Origin: Eledone cirrhosa
Lineage: Eukaryota
Length of the DNA stretch: 64,000 nucleotides
Reading direction: 5' to 3'
NCBI GenBank assembly: GCA_964016885.1
Contig: CAXHJY010000099.1
Coordinates: forward strand, 51,511-115,510
Part shown: positions 24,273 to 39,030 of the stretch, one piece after another
How positions within the stretch are numbered: the stretch's first letter is position 1
Layout: the number at the start of each line of letters is the position of its first letter
Program-made: the position numbers and the translations under genes
Notes under the pieces: generated by a model
The model's database searches: none
What the model was told of the DNA's origin: nothing
Seen by the model: only the letters and a program-made list of their open reading frames with translations

Positions 24273-25204
24273 TCTATATATATAAAACTGAGGATGTCTG
24301 TCTGTGTGTGTGTGAGTTTGAATCCCTAAAACTCAAGAACCACCCAACCGACTCTTTTCAAACTTTACACATGTAATACTTATGTTTCAGGGGGTGTTCT
24401 GAGCAAAAGAAATTCAAATTTTCAATGCCCTAGGGACCGCATTAGGCGATTTAGCGATCTCTCTCTATAATTCTTAGTCTTTCTCTTTTTAGATAGATAC
24501 ATACATATAACGTCCCACCCTTATAATATCTGTTTGTATGTCTGGCTGTCTGCATTACATCACTTCCCTGAGGATGTCTGTCTGTCTGTGTGTGTGTGTG
24601 CCTGTGAGTTTGAATCCCTAAAATTCGAGAAGTACCCAACCGACTTTTTCCAAACTTTACATGTGTATTACTTATGTTTCAGGGAGTGTTATGCACATAA
24701 AATTCAATTTTTTTATCCCCTAGGGCCCGCATTAGGTGAAAAACTGCGTTTTTTCAGGTTTTTAGGAGTTTTTTTTTAGTCGTTACGTCAGACTGATTTC
24801 CTTGAAATTGTAACTATGTATTAGTAAATCTCTTCTTCATACCGTGAGCAAAGAAAATCCAACCTTTTTATGGCCTAGGGCCCGCATTAGGTGAAAAACT
24901 TCATTTTTTTCAGCTTTTTAGGGATTATTTGAGGCGTTACGTCTAGCCGATTTTCCCGAAATTTCAAGGCATATTATGCACATAAAAAAAATTCATTTTC
25001 TTGACCCCCTAGGGCCCGCATTAGGTGAAAACCTGCATTTTTCCTGCTTCATCGAGGAAAATATTAAAGATTATCCAGCCATCAGAGTATTCGGTTTATT
25101 TCCTTTACATATTGTCCACACATGCAGTTTTTCCACCATTAGGTCTGTTGGCGGCCCGCATTCCAAAATACCTTATCCCGTGCAACGCCGGGTACCACCG
25201 CTAG
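24273..25204 (+). mobile_element. Non-autonomous Helitron
   Basis: 5' TCtatatatataaaa..(tctg)n; 3' hairpin cccgtgcaacgccggg then CTAG followed by T; internal repeats ctagggcccgcattagg. Confidence 0.8.
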
Positions 25205-25374
25205 TCAATTATATAATTTCGTGCACTTGTATAATTAAATACATGTATTTAATAATATAATTCATATATTTAATTAGCAACATCCATTTGTGATGTGGGG
25301 TTGACAAAATTGGTATACAAGTGCACGAAATGACTGGAGGTATTCATTTATTCATTTTCACGATCTGATTCCAA

Positions 25375-25885
25375 ATGTCACCAGCCTTCCATCACTCGTG
25401 AACCCAAGATACTTGAACTTCTTTACCTGCTTCAGTGGAACTCCATTCACATGTAGAATGCACTGCGCAGGCTTCCTTGAGAGGAAGCGAATCTCAGTTT
25501 TCACAGCACTGATTCTCATTCCAGGCATGCAGCACTCGGCATCAAACCTATTAAGTGCAAGTCGGAGATCATCTTCTGTCGAGTTAAATAACACCATGTC
25601 GTCTGCAAATTCCGACTGATTTTACCCCTGCCAGTCATGATATCACTTCCAACCCGGCTGCGTATGTCAATCCTGTTCATGGAAATAATGAACAGGAGAG
25701 GTGATAGTACGCACCCTTGGTGGAGTCCAACTCCCACATTGAATGGTTTCGATTTAGCACCATTTATCCGAACACAAATACTCGGGGATTCGTATAGAGA
25801 TATCAGAGCAGCAAGAAGCTGACCATCAACCCCATACTCCTGCACAGCTTTCCACAGTAGGTCCCGAGGAACGCGGTCATATGAG
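25375..25885 (-). mobile_element. RTE-clade LINE RT fragment
   Basis: YDRVPRDLLW..GLHQGCVLSPLLF..FADDMVL..KFKYLG. Confidence 0.9.
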
Positions 25886-26274
25886 GAAGAGATGGTATAA
25901 ATAGTAAAGAAATACTAGGGTCGATATAATCGATTGTAGCTCCTTTCCCAACTTGGTTTCTATATTAGACATTGTTTATAAGGGCAGAGAAGACGCAGAA
26001 ACTGTTAAATTCCCTTTGATCTTACCTGATTTCAATATGTCTAGAAATATATATCCATCGTCTCTTTCATGAACTTTCGATCTAGTAACACTATCCCATA
26101 AGATGATACCACTTTTCCACGCCATGAAACTAGTAAATCACACTTCTTACTCACGAAATCCATCCCTATATCTTTGCTTAATATATGAACTGTGGCTACT
26201 AATACAGTTATATGATCTTTGCTCTTTACTTTGATCCAAACCTCTATGGTATCACAGACTCTTATATATATATA

Positions 26275-26947
26275 CTAGCCGAATTACCCGCGCCTTGCTG
26301 CGTTTCACACATTTTTTTTTGTAAGAAAATGATGATTGATTTTAAATCAGTGATATAATTTATGGAGAAAAACTCTGGATTTCAATATTACTCAATGTAA
26401 AATGTAATGCATGAAAAACTGGAAATCATTATTTTGTGTAATATATCAAATCAAAATTACATTATTAAATCTTATTCTTAGTTTGTTTCTTATAAATAAT
26501 CTTTTGGAAAATATCAATTCAAAACTTTTGTGAATAGACATCATATCTTGTCGTTTACCTATGGTTTAAATTTCATATAAATCGAAGGGAAAACATTTTC
26601 AGCGAGGTTTGTGCCTCCGGGGAACCCTAATAGGAGGTTTAACTCCCATTAGGGTGTCTTAATATTATTGAAATTTGCTGAAATTTTGTGAATAGGCATC
26701 ATATCTTGTCATTTACCTATGGTTTAAATTTCATATAAATCGAAGGGAAAAAAGTCTCAGCGGGAGTTCGTGCCCCCGAGGAGCCCTTTGATTAAAATGA
26801 AATATAGTTATCCAAGTACCCTGGGCAATGCAGTTTCAGAATATATATGGTTATGGGGGGGGGGGGCTATCTCCAAAACTATAGGAGGAGTTTGTGAACA
26901 AACAAACAAACAGACAGGAACTACAACTTATATATATATATATATAT
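26275..26947 (-). mobile_element. Non-autonomous Helitron (second family)
   Basis: Minus-strand 3' end cgcagcaaggcgcgggtaattcggCTAG-T; 5' (TA)n-aagttgtagttcc(tgtt)n; internal duplication near 26525 and 26683. Confidence 0.75.
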
Positions 26948-27080
26948 ATTTATTAAAATAACAGATTTAAGTTTAAGCAAAGAATCGGTGCTTTCACTCT
27001 TAATGGGATCTTCTGAAGATCCCGTTAGGGGTGAGAGCAGCGATTCTTTGCTTAAACTTTAATCTGTTATTTTAATAAAT
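26948..27080. repeat. 133-bp near-perfect palindrome made from the end of the 48046-48936 element family
   Basis: Arms atttattaaaataacag..gggatcttc and gaagatccc..ctgttattttaataaat, 1-nt centre at 27014. Confidence 0.92.
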
Positions 27081-27228
27081 ATATATATATATATATATGC
27101 AAAAGTTTTATTTAAAATTGTTGGGTTACAACGAGTAAATATTTTATAACTGATATAAAAGCACTCAACAAGTTTTGGAGTATTTTACGATATTAAACAA
27201 ATGGAAACTACATTTATAAAACCATATT

Positions 27229-27294
27229 TATTTCATTATATATATTTCAGGGATATCATATTAAAAATATGGTATGCCCTCTTCAGACAAAATA
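27229..27294 (-). ncRNA. Minimal type I hammerhead ribozyme (mirror copy)
   Basis: Reverse complement of 28843-28908. Confidence 0.7.
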
Positions 27295-28842
27295 CAATAT
27301 ATAAACAGTTTTATAAATAAATTTGACATACCTTAAAATTTTACAACTTCCATTTAAAAAGTTGTTATGGTAGTGAAAATGTTAAGGACAGTTTTAAATA
27401 TAAATATAAATGTTAAGGACAGTTTTAAATATAAATATAAATTTAAAATGTAGTATATTTACTTAAGATTTTTAATTATTTATGAAACTTGGGGATAAAT
27501 CCTTCGATTCCTTCAATTTTTTAAACCTTCTTCATGAGTATATAATTAATGATGTAATTAAACTATCCTTAAAATGGTGATGCTCCCAATCTATTGAATA
27601 AAAAAATTTTAAGCTAGATAAACTTCTATAATAAATATAAGAGCATCTGTAGAACAACCGGGTATCCTAAAGGTTTTTTTGAATGATTTCTGCTAAATAA
27701 GTTTTGTTGAATAATTTTGGTTTTGTTTGCTTTTGATTCTGATTGCTTCTAATGAACTTGGCAATATATTGTCAAATAAATTGGAAGGGTTGATTTCTGT
27801 GATTGATATGCGGGGCATACTGTGTTTTATTGCGGCCCTAGATACTCTGGGGAGTGAGGTATTCTTGGCGTTTTTAATATATTGATATCTGTTCTATTCT
27901 ATGCTTGAACGATAATCATGTAAGAGAGGGCAAGAATATTATTATTATTAATGATGTATATTTTATGTATATATATATGTATGTACATATATGTATGGTA
28001 AAATCTTTTGTAACGCAATGAAGATTTTCATGTGAAATAAAAATTTACAGAGCTGATCACGTAAACTCACATGTGTCTATAATGTCAACTTGAATTTGAG
28101 ATAACCTTCTTTTTTCCTTTTTCTTTTTTCATGAAAATACATATATACTTATGTATTTCAGTATTTTTTGAAGTTTTATCTCAGATTTTGATTATAAACC
28201 TAAGAATTTTAAACTAAACATATAGTCATTATTTTTTCACACATTATCGATATGTGTCTCATTCATGAATATTGATATTTACATTATAATTCATAAGAAT
28301 TGATAGACTGATGAAACATAATATTTTAAAACTATCATCTTTATTTCTGAATATATCTCTTCTCCTCCTCCCTCTACACTTGACGGGACTTATGTATCGG
28401 CTGTTATAACTCTACCTCCTGTATCTCACCCCTCCCCTATCTCTCCCAACTCGTATAATAGATATTACTCGATCTACCTCTTTTCTCCCACCACATATAT
28501 CTCTTTCTACCTCTCTTTATTTATTTTTATTTTTATTTCTCTCCGTATCCTTAACACTATAACTAAATAAATAAATAAATAAATAAATGTTCACCTCCTC
28601 AATATTTCTCTCTCCCATATCTCTCTCTCTCTATCTCGCTCTGTGGTTTTTTCTTTACATACATTTCTTCATCCTCTTCACCTTCCTCTCTAACTGTCCT
28701 TAGCACTATACACTTTCTTTCTTTTTTTTTTCTCTCCGTCTCTAACTGTCCTTAACATTTTCACTACCATAACAACTTTTTAAATGGAAGTTGTAAAATT
28801 TTAAGGTATGTCAAATTTATTTATAAAACTGTTTATATATTG

Positions 28843-28908
28843 TATTTTGTCTGAAGAGGGCATACCATATTTTTAATATGATATCCCTGAAATATATATA
28901 ATGAAATA
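28843..28908 (+). ncRNA. Minimal type I hammerhead ribozyme
   Basis: Stem I UAUUUUGU/AUGAAAUA, core CUGAAGA (28851-28857), stem II GGG..CCC, GAAA, palindromic stem III AUAUAUAU, predicted cleavage after A28900. Confidence 0.72.
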
Positions 28909-28940
28909 AATATGGTTTTATAAATGTAGTTTCCATTTGT

Positions 28941-28980
<40 letters not shown>

Positions 28981-28989
<9 letters not shown>

Positions 28990-29038
28990 TGTAGTTCCTG
29001 TTTGTTTGTTTGTTTGTTTGTTCACGAACTCCTCCTAT
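28981..29038 (+). mobile_element. 5' tip of the same Helitron family as 26275-26947, truncated at the LINE
   Basis: aagttgtagttcctgtttgtttg..ttcacgaactcctcctat matches the reverse complement of 26881-26930. Confidence 0.7.
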
Positions 29039-31887
<2,849 letters not shown>

Positions 31888-31937
31888 ATCGAAAGTCTTT
31901 CTTTTCAATGGATTTCCGCATATATATATACGTGTGT

Positions 31938-31983
<46 letters not shown>

Positions 31984-32214
31984 TCCACTTTACGCTTTAG
32001 ATCTATATTGAATATATGGTTTTGTATCTATTGGTTTATTTTTTATTCCTATTTTTTTTTATCTTTGACGTTTTGGCCCAAATCCTATATTTCACCTCTC
32101 TTACTATTGTTAGACCTTTCTTTTTCATGCTATATTTTCTTTCTAAATTAGCATACTTCCCTTCAAATTTCAACTGGCCTTTTCTTTGTCTTTTCATTAT
32201 TATTATTATTGTTA

Positions 32215-32435
32215 GAGCGGTGGATTGGCAGAATGGATAGAGCATCGGAAAAATGCTTAGCCATATTTTTTCGGCTTCTTTACGTTCTGAATTCACATCT
32301 CCCTGAAGTCAGCTTTGCCTTTCATCCTTCCAAAATAGATAAAATAAAGAACCAGTCAATTACTGAGGTCGATATAGTCGACTTTCTCCTTCCCTTTAAA
32401 TTGCTGACCTTGTGCTAAAATTAGAAACCATTATT
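32215..32435 (+). mobile_element. SINE family A (older subfamily)
   Basis: gcggtggattggcagaat..aaatgcttagc..tacgttctgaattca..ctttgcctttcatcctt..ttgtgctaaaattagaaac. Confidence 0.8.
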
Positions 32436-33541
32436 ATTATTTCTGTTGTTTCTACATTCCCAGTATTACATTTGAATTCCTCTGCATTGCAATATGAACT
32501 CTTAGAAAGAAAATTAACTCCATTTCTTCAAATTATCACACAAGTAAAGTATCAAAAGATTTACGGAACGGCTAGGAATCGAAATGTCGAACTAACTGGG
32601 AAAACAAAACAATATTTTTCGTTCAAAAAACCTTTTTCTGTAAAGGGCTAAGCTGTTTGAGGATTTAATCGGGGAAATGTTATTTGTACATTTATAACTT
32701 TTCAAATAAGTTCGAGTAAAGCAGAGAGAGCAAATTAGTGTGTGTTATCTTAGCATTTCAATGGTCGGTCGATATATCCAAATCAACCCAGAGAAAACAG
32801 CGGGAAAGCACTTCAAATATTATATGTTAGGTCAGTTCCTCTACAGACAGAACTTTATAGGAAGTTCAATGGGAATATCAGACACATCTATATCAACAGC
32901 CTGGGAAAGACTTCAACGTTTAAAGAATTACTTTCCTTCTTGCTGAATAATCAAAATGGCACTCATACTTCTAATCTCCTACGTCGTTGTTTTTTTCTCC
33001 CTTTTTGTTTCTTTTTTGTTGTTAATAGATTAGAAGGAGAAGCACTGTCCCATGACCGTTGGAAGCCCTCCTGGACGGGAAAGATTGATGTGACCGAACA
33101 TCTATATGAACATCTGCTAATCAATGTTTGCAGTAAAAAATGTGAATGTTGAGGGGGTCTTGTCTGAATGTTTGTAACAGAGATGGAGCCTGCTAAAATT
33201 ACTCAATGACCAGGTGATGGTATTAGGAAGATAACACTGTAAGTGATAAATACGAGCACTCAATTGCAGTTTATAATGACGATGACGATGACGATGAATA
33301 GGAGAAAAAAGAGGAAGAGATAATATATTGATTGGAACAACTTCGATAATTCCATTTCTAATAAGTGGTTTATAATACTTTATAATTCCTACGAAGACTA
33401 AGTAATGTGGAAATATCGTTCTATTCCTGATTGAAACTGCTTCACCTTCGTTGATTAAAACCGTAGAGAATAGCAGGAAAGTCACGGTCCATATAACTAT
33501 ATATAATGTATGCATCAACGTCTGTGACTGTGTGTGTGTGA

Positions 33542-33576
<35 letters not shown>

Positions 33577-33577
33577 A

Positions 33578-33735
33578 GGAAAAGTATGACCCTGAGTCCA
33601 GAAATAGTCGTCGAAATGGCTTGAGCTCTGCCGTCGGGGTCATACTTTTTCCTATTACCCACTCTACTACCCTAAGTATTGAGTACTCTGGTGCGTTATG
33701 GTCCATCTGGTTCCTTGCCACAGTTCCTTCATTAT
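33578..33735. repeat. Rearranged PLE-type terminal fragment in (TA)n, related to 16186-16292
   Basis: 33598-33655 is the reverse-complement homolog of 16190-16249; 33687-33733 matches 16246-16292 directly; inverted ends aggaaaagtatgaccc and gggtcatactttttcct. Confidence 0.65.
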
Positions 33736-33738
33736 ATT

Positions 33739-33808
<70 letters not shown>

Positions 33809-33844
33809 GAGAGAGAGAGGTAAATAGATAGATAGATAGATAGA

Positions 33845-33941
33845 TAAAATTCCGTTATAACGAATTTTTCAGTATAATAAAATGTTTTTTCAACGAATTT
33901 TTTTTATACCCCGTGAATTTCGTTATAACGGAATTTTACTG
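33845..33941. mobile_element. Small pogo/Tigger-like MITE
   Basis: TIRs taaaattccgttataacgaa and ttcgttataacggaattttactg. Confidence 0.75.
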
Positions 33942-34342
33942 TCTACATATAAGAGTCCATTCTCCTCTTCGGATGTGAGTCATTGACATATAGAAAAAAC
34001 ACTGACACGCGAATGCTGAACCAGGTCCAGAAGATATCCTGGAGAACACAGGTAGCTAATGTACCACTCTATTGCTCACAATGAACCTGTTGTGATACAT
34101 GCAAACGAGAGAGCAACTACCACACTGAAGGAAGTTCCCGAAGATAACACCGGGCTGGAGGAAGGATAAATTTAGAGGGCAGTGCTAGACAGGATGAGCT
34201 GGAGAAGGAACTTAATCGTGGCACCGGTAACGGATGTATAGAAGAATATATATATATGGGTGTGGAGAGAGAGGGAGAGTGAGAGAGAGAGAAGACGAAA
34301 TGCCCCACAAAGATTTCATATAATATATATGGCAGAGTGAAT

Positions 34343-34540
34343 GGTGTGTGTGTGTGTGTGTGTGCGTGTGTCTGTGTCTGTGTCTGTGCGTGTGTCTGTG
34401 TCTGCATGTGTGTGTGTGCGTGCGTGTGTGTGTGTCTGTATATGTGTGTGTGCCTGTGTGTGTGTCTGTGTGTGTCTGTGTCTGTGTCTGCATGTGCGTG
34501 TGTGCGTGCGTGTGTGTATGTCTGTATCTGTGTGTGTGTC

Positions 34541-34614
<74 letters not shown>

Positions 34615-34632
34615 ATAGGGAGACAGAGACAG
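34343..34632. repeat. (GT)n/(GTGTCT)n then (GA)n microsatellite
   Basis: Direct reading. Confidence 0.95.
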
Positions 34633-34794
34633 AATGAAAAATTACTTTTACGAAAAATATTGTTCATTGTCAAATTATATAGGAGTAAAATATTCCCCTT
34701 TTGTAGTTTCAGCCATCTGTTAATTTTATTCGATATCTTTTGTAGTGTTGCATATATGTAGATGTTATCTCTGTGTATACTTATATGTATAACA

Positions 34795-34976
34795 TTGGCA
34801 GTATCGGTAGAGGGTCGGACGCTATGCTTTGCAGCAAAGAGTTACATCCCTTTACGGACTGAGTTCAAATCCCGCTGAGGTTAACTTTGCCTTTCATCCA
34901 TACGGAGTCGATAAAATAAAGTACCAGGAACATACTGGGTAATTGCTGGCCTTGTGCCAAAAGTAGAAACAGTTAT
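34795..34976 (+). mobile_element. SINE family A, near full length
   Basis: ttggcagtatcggtagagggtcggac (A-box-like) .. gagttcaaatccc (B box) .. gccaaaagtagaaac. Confidence 0.9.
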
Positions 34977-35087
34977 AATGTCACATTGATCTTTAATACA
35001 TGGTGTTTGCTTCTAATTAAACCATGAAACTTCCACTGGCCCAGTTAGCAAAATATAATGGTAATAAGACATGAAGAACATATAATA

Positions 35088-35473
35088 ATAATTGTTTCTA
35101 CTTTTGGCACAAGGCCAGCAATTACCCCAGGGTATTACTGGTACTTTATTTTATCGACCCTGTAAAGATGAAAGGCAAAGTTAACCTCGGCTGTATTTGA
35201 ACTCAGACCGTAAAGGGCCATAACTCTATGCTGCGAAGCATGGTGTCCGACGCTCTACCGATACTGCCAATCAACCACTCTGATGATAAGTAATAATTGT
35301 TTCTACTTTTGGCACAAAGCCAGCAATTACTCCATTGCATTACTGGTACCTTATTTTATCGACCCCGTAAGAATGAAAGGCAAAGTTAACCTCGGCGGGA
35401 TTTGAACTCAGTCCGTAAAGGGACGTAAATGTGGTGGAAAGCATGGCGTCCGACCCTCTACCGTACTGCAATC
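35088..35473 (-). mobile_element. Two tandem SINE family A copies (35088-35278 and 35293-35473)
   Basis: Both are reverse-complement homologs of 34795-34976. Confidence 0.9.
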
Positions 35474-35799
35474 CCCCAAATAATGCTCATGACGTTGTTA
35501 AAAATCAATATCATCAAGATGGCATTGTTCTGACAATAATACCTCGTCTCTGTCTCTCTCTGCTTTTCTCCTATAGTTTTCTCCCTTTATCTTCATTTCT
35601 TCCTGTAATTTATTTAACAATTTTTTTTCTTTTCTTTTCTACTATGTATCCCACACCCTAAATAATACTTTTACTCCAATCCTCTTATCATTCCAATCCG
35701 TCCTTTTATTTTAGGTTCAACTCCTCTATCCTGTCTCCCCCCCTCTCTCTCTATATATATATATATCTACCACTCTCTCTCTCTCTGTCTATCACTCTC

Positions 35800-35830
<31 letters not shown>

Positions 35831-35841
35831 TATACATACAT

Positions 35842-35890
<49 letters not shown>

Positions 35891-36118
35891 GACATACACA
35901 CACACATATACAGAGAGATAAAGAATAAGAGAGAGAGAGAAAGAGAGATAAAGGGAGTGAAAGAGAAGCACACACTTCGTGTTCGGTGAAAACAACATCT
36001 ATAAGTAGGGAACAGAAAAACAATGTTTTCAAAAGCAAAACACTTATAAATATCTGCTATCGTGATCTTTCAGACTTTCTTCTATTTCTAGGATTGTCTC
36101 TAAAGTATGTACAGTCTT

Positions 36119-36346
36119 GAGTTTCATATTGAATAATAATATAATTGTATAATATTATTAATATTCAATTCGTTTGCAAGCAAACAGCCTCTTAACGCTA
36201 TGTGTTTTAGACGACTATCGTTATCCTTTTCTTCTAACGCTAGAACAAAATGATGACGATAGTTGTCTGAATCACATAGTGTTATGAGGCTGTTTGCTTA
36301 CAAACGAATCGAACATTAATAATATCATTATTCGATATAAAACTCA
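36119..36346. repeat. About 230-bp imperfect hairpin (fold-back element or MITE)
   Basis: Arms of about 100 bp around a 4-nt loop near 36237-36240. Confidence 0.85.
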
Positions 36347-36499
36347 CGAATGCATTTACGTATCCACTATTTTAGAGCGAAAACAAATTTTGTTCTCTAA
36401 AGTATAGTATAGAACAATAGTTTGCAGGTGGATAATAACATAGTTTCGTCACGCTTTTAGTTGATACATTAGTCCTATAACATTGAGCATAGATGAGAT

Positions 36500-37080
36500 G
36501 GAAAATGTTTATGATTAACTGATGGGAACGTTGATTAATCTACATAATAACTTCACATATAGACAGGTTGATATTGGAATGTTTTGATTATAGAACAAAA
36601 TGCGTGAAATGAGTTTTGAAAGATTTGGGTTTCAAATACAGAATGTGCTTTTCAAAGAATTCACACATTTTATGTTCCGTTTGTCAACGTTTAGAAGTAC
36701 GCAGAATGTTCCAACAAATTCGTGTCCTAATGAAAGTGTGATAAGAAAATTACAAAAGATACCTGCGGGCCATTAATGGGACATTTGCGAATCAAGTTTC
36801 CAGGCTGTATGCCTGTCATTGTTGAAGCTACAGGGTGAGTGCTAGCCCGCCTACATGGACTGAAGTATGACTGAGCCTAGATATGTGGAGAAAGGGCATA
36901 GCTCCTTGGAATGTGGGCTGAGGATGGCCACGATGCTGAAACCGTCAAAATCTGAAAACATTCTTATGATTCAAATGATGAATTACTGCACAATGTACGA
37001 AGAAAATTTGTTTTTCTTTACAACCTTGCCACCACGAAAGTGGCCGATCAAACATATACCCAAAATTAAGAGAATTATAA
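36500..37080 (+). mobile_element. Possible highly decayed piggyBac-like transposase relic
   Basis: Weak motif order MSFERF / NESVI / ENLFFFTTLP, reminiscent of MSRxRF / DESM / DNFFTSxP. Confidence 0.3.
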
Positions 37081-37120
37081 GAATACATACATACATACAT
37101 ACATACATACATACATACAT

Positions 37121-38651
37121 ACACCAACGTTTGGAATACTCAGTTGCGCGATAGACGAAATCCGAGCAGTTGATGTTAGGACTCGAAAAAATGAGGAAAC
37201 TTCCACATCAACAGTTACATAGACCGCCTCTACTTGAAACGTAAGCAGGGAGGCAGAGGTCTAACATCAGTCCACACAACATTTCATTGTCGCATCATAT
37301 TCCTCCGACAACATCTACGAACCTCGAAGCGTAGGAGCCCATCTATTGAGCACGTCTGCTGCATGAGACAGAAAAGATCATGAAAGTTGGGAAGGAACTC
37401 CTTGAAAGGTATTCCCTGAGTGATAATCAAAAACTCACACCCAGGGAAGTTGTTCAGCAGTATCGCAGTGAATCCATGGATGAAAAACTGCATGCTTATC
37501 AACAAAACATTATGCACAGATATGTTGCTAGGAAGCTCCAGAGTGTGAGTAATATAGATGTAGAAAGTAATCTATCTTGGACCAACAACCGCTATATTGG
37601 CTCCCACTTTGAAGGATACGCTTTTGCAATCCAAGTACAGGAAATCAACACGAAATATCTGATTTACAAAAGAGATAGGGATGCAGGCAAAACACCTAGA
37701 TGTGACAACAAGTGCGGACTCAGCAGAATTAACATCGAAGATGTCACCCATGTCATACGCAGCTGTCCAAATATGTCATCGCGGTACTATCTACCTATGA
37801 GGCATGATGTAGTGGCCAAAATACTGTACAATGCACTCCGTAGAAAAGATAGCCCCGATGACAAACACATTAAAAGCTACAGCAATGTGGAAGACATACA
37901 TATACATATGAAAGAGTACTGGTGGAATGTTCCAGTAAAAACTCCAATAAAGTACAGGCATAACAGACCAGATATAATGATCTGGGACAGGGAAAAGAAG
38001 GCATGCACAGTAGTGGAAGTTAGCTGCCCAGTAGATGCCAATATAATATCAAAGATTAGCGAAAAGGAGAATATTAATGCAGAACTAATGAGAAATCTGC
38101 AGATACTCCACCCTGACTATGCCTTCAGATTTATGCCTGTGATTATTGGGGCACTGGGGTATGTTAGTAACTACCTCAATACAAATCTTGAGAAGCTGGG
38201 CGTCACAGAAACAGAAAGAACACAACTAGTTAGGAAATTACAAGAACAATCCATTAATGGAACAGTAAAAGTATATAAAACTTCCCAAAAATGTTGCATC
38301 TAATAACTGCATATACACATGTACAGATACAAAGCATATATACACATGCACACATACAACTCAAAACATCCACATCCACACATACAATAACATCCATATC
38401 TACACACACATGCATGCATGCAGACATGCAGACATATCTACCTAGTTGATGTTGTGTAAATTCCAATGAGAGAGTCTTGTAACTATGTTAGAAACCGACT
38501 CTCTCCCTATTGGCAACATTTTGTGAAATTATAAAACCAGAAGAACATACATACATGCATACATACATACATACATACATACATACATACATACATACAT
38601 ACATACATACATACATACATACATACATACATACATACATACATACATACA
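37121..38651 (+). mobile_element. R4/Dong-clade retrotransposon copy 3, 5'-truncated, with (CATA)n on both sides
   Basis: ORF 37380-38303 with finger, RHD and an uninterrupted RPD..EVSCP nuclease; same 3' UTR as copies 1 and 2. Confidence 0.92.
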
Positions 38652-38652
38652 T

Positions 38653-39030
38653 AGTGGATATGGAATGAATATGTGAGACTAAAAATAGCCTGGCATGGAG
38701 TATTGGCCAATTTATATCAATTCACATTAAAGGTTGCCTCTATGCAATATAGGAGCCAAATCCTCTACTAAATAGTGCCTTTACAAAAGACGACAGCTTA
38801 AAACAAATGTAGACTATGAAAAACCAAAACTGAAGATATTAGCGACCTCATTGTAAATTGTCAGAGAATACACTCGATATACTACGCTTTCGTGCGACAT
38901 GACTAAGTATGGGCAATCAAGAATAGAAGAAAAATATATCAGCAATCAATAAATGCAAATATAATGAGTACGAAAGGTGAAACAAATATTGGTGGAACCT
39001 GAAAATATAAATAGTAACCTAATTAAAACA
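38653..39030 (+). mobile_element. Ancient R4/Dong-like relic directly after the copy 3 tail
   Basis: SLAWS..HIKGCLYAI, EDISDLIVNC, VRHD and YWWN remnants in the same order as in the younger copies. Confidence 0.6.

Larger units (their letters stand above)
27100..28947. mobile_element. Non-coding Penelope-like element with 204-bp inverted repeats, embedded in (TA)n
   Basis: 27190-27393 is the reverse complement of 28744-28947 with no mismatch seen by eye; each arm contains a hammerhead fold. Confidence 0.7.

Noticed and set aside
27650-27920. Possible decayed PLE coding remnant on the minus strand
   Set aside because: Only vague motif resemblance across frameshifts; not called without tBLASTn or HMM support
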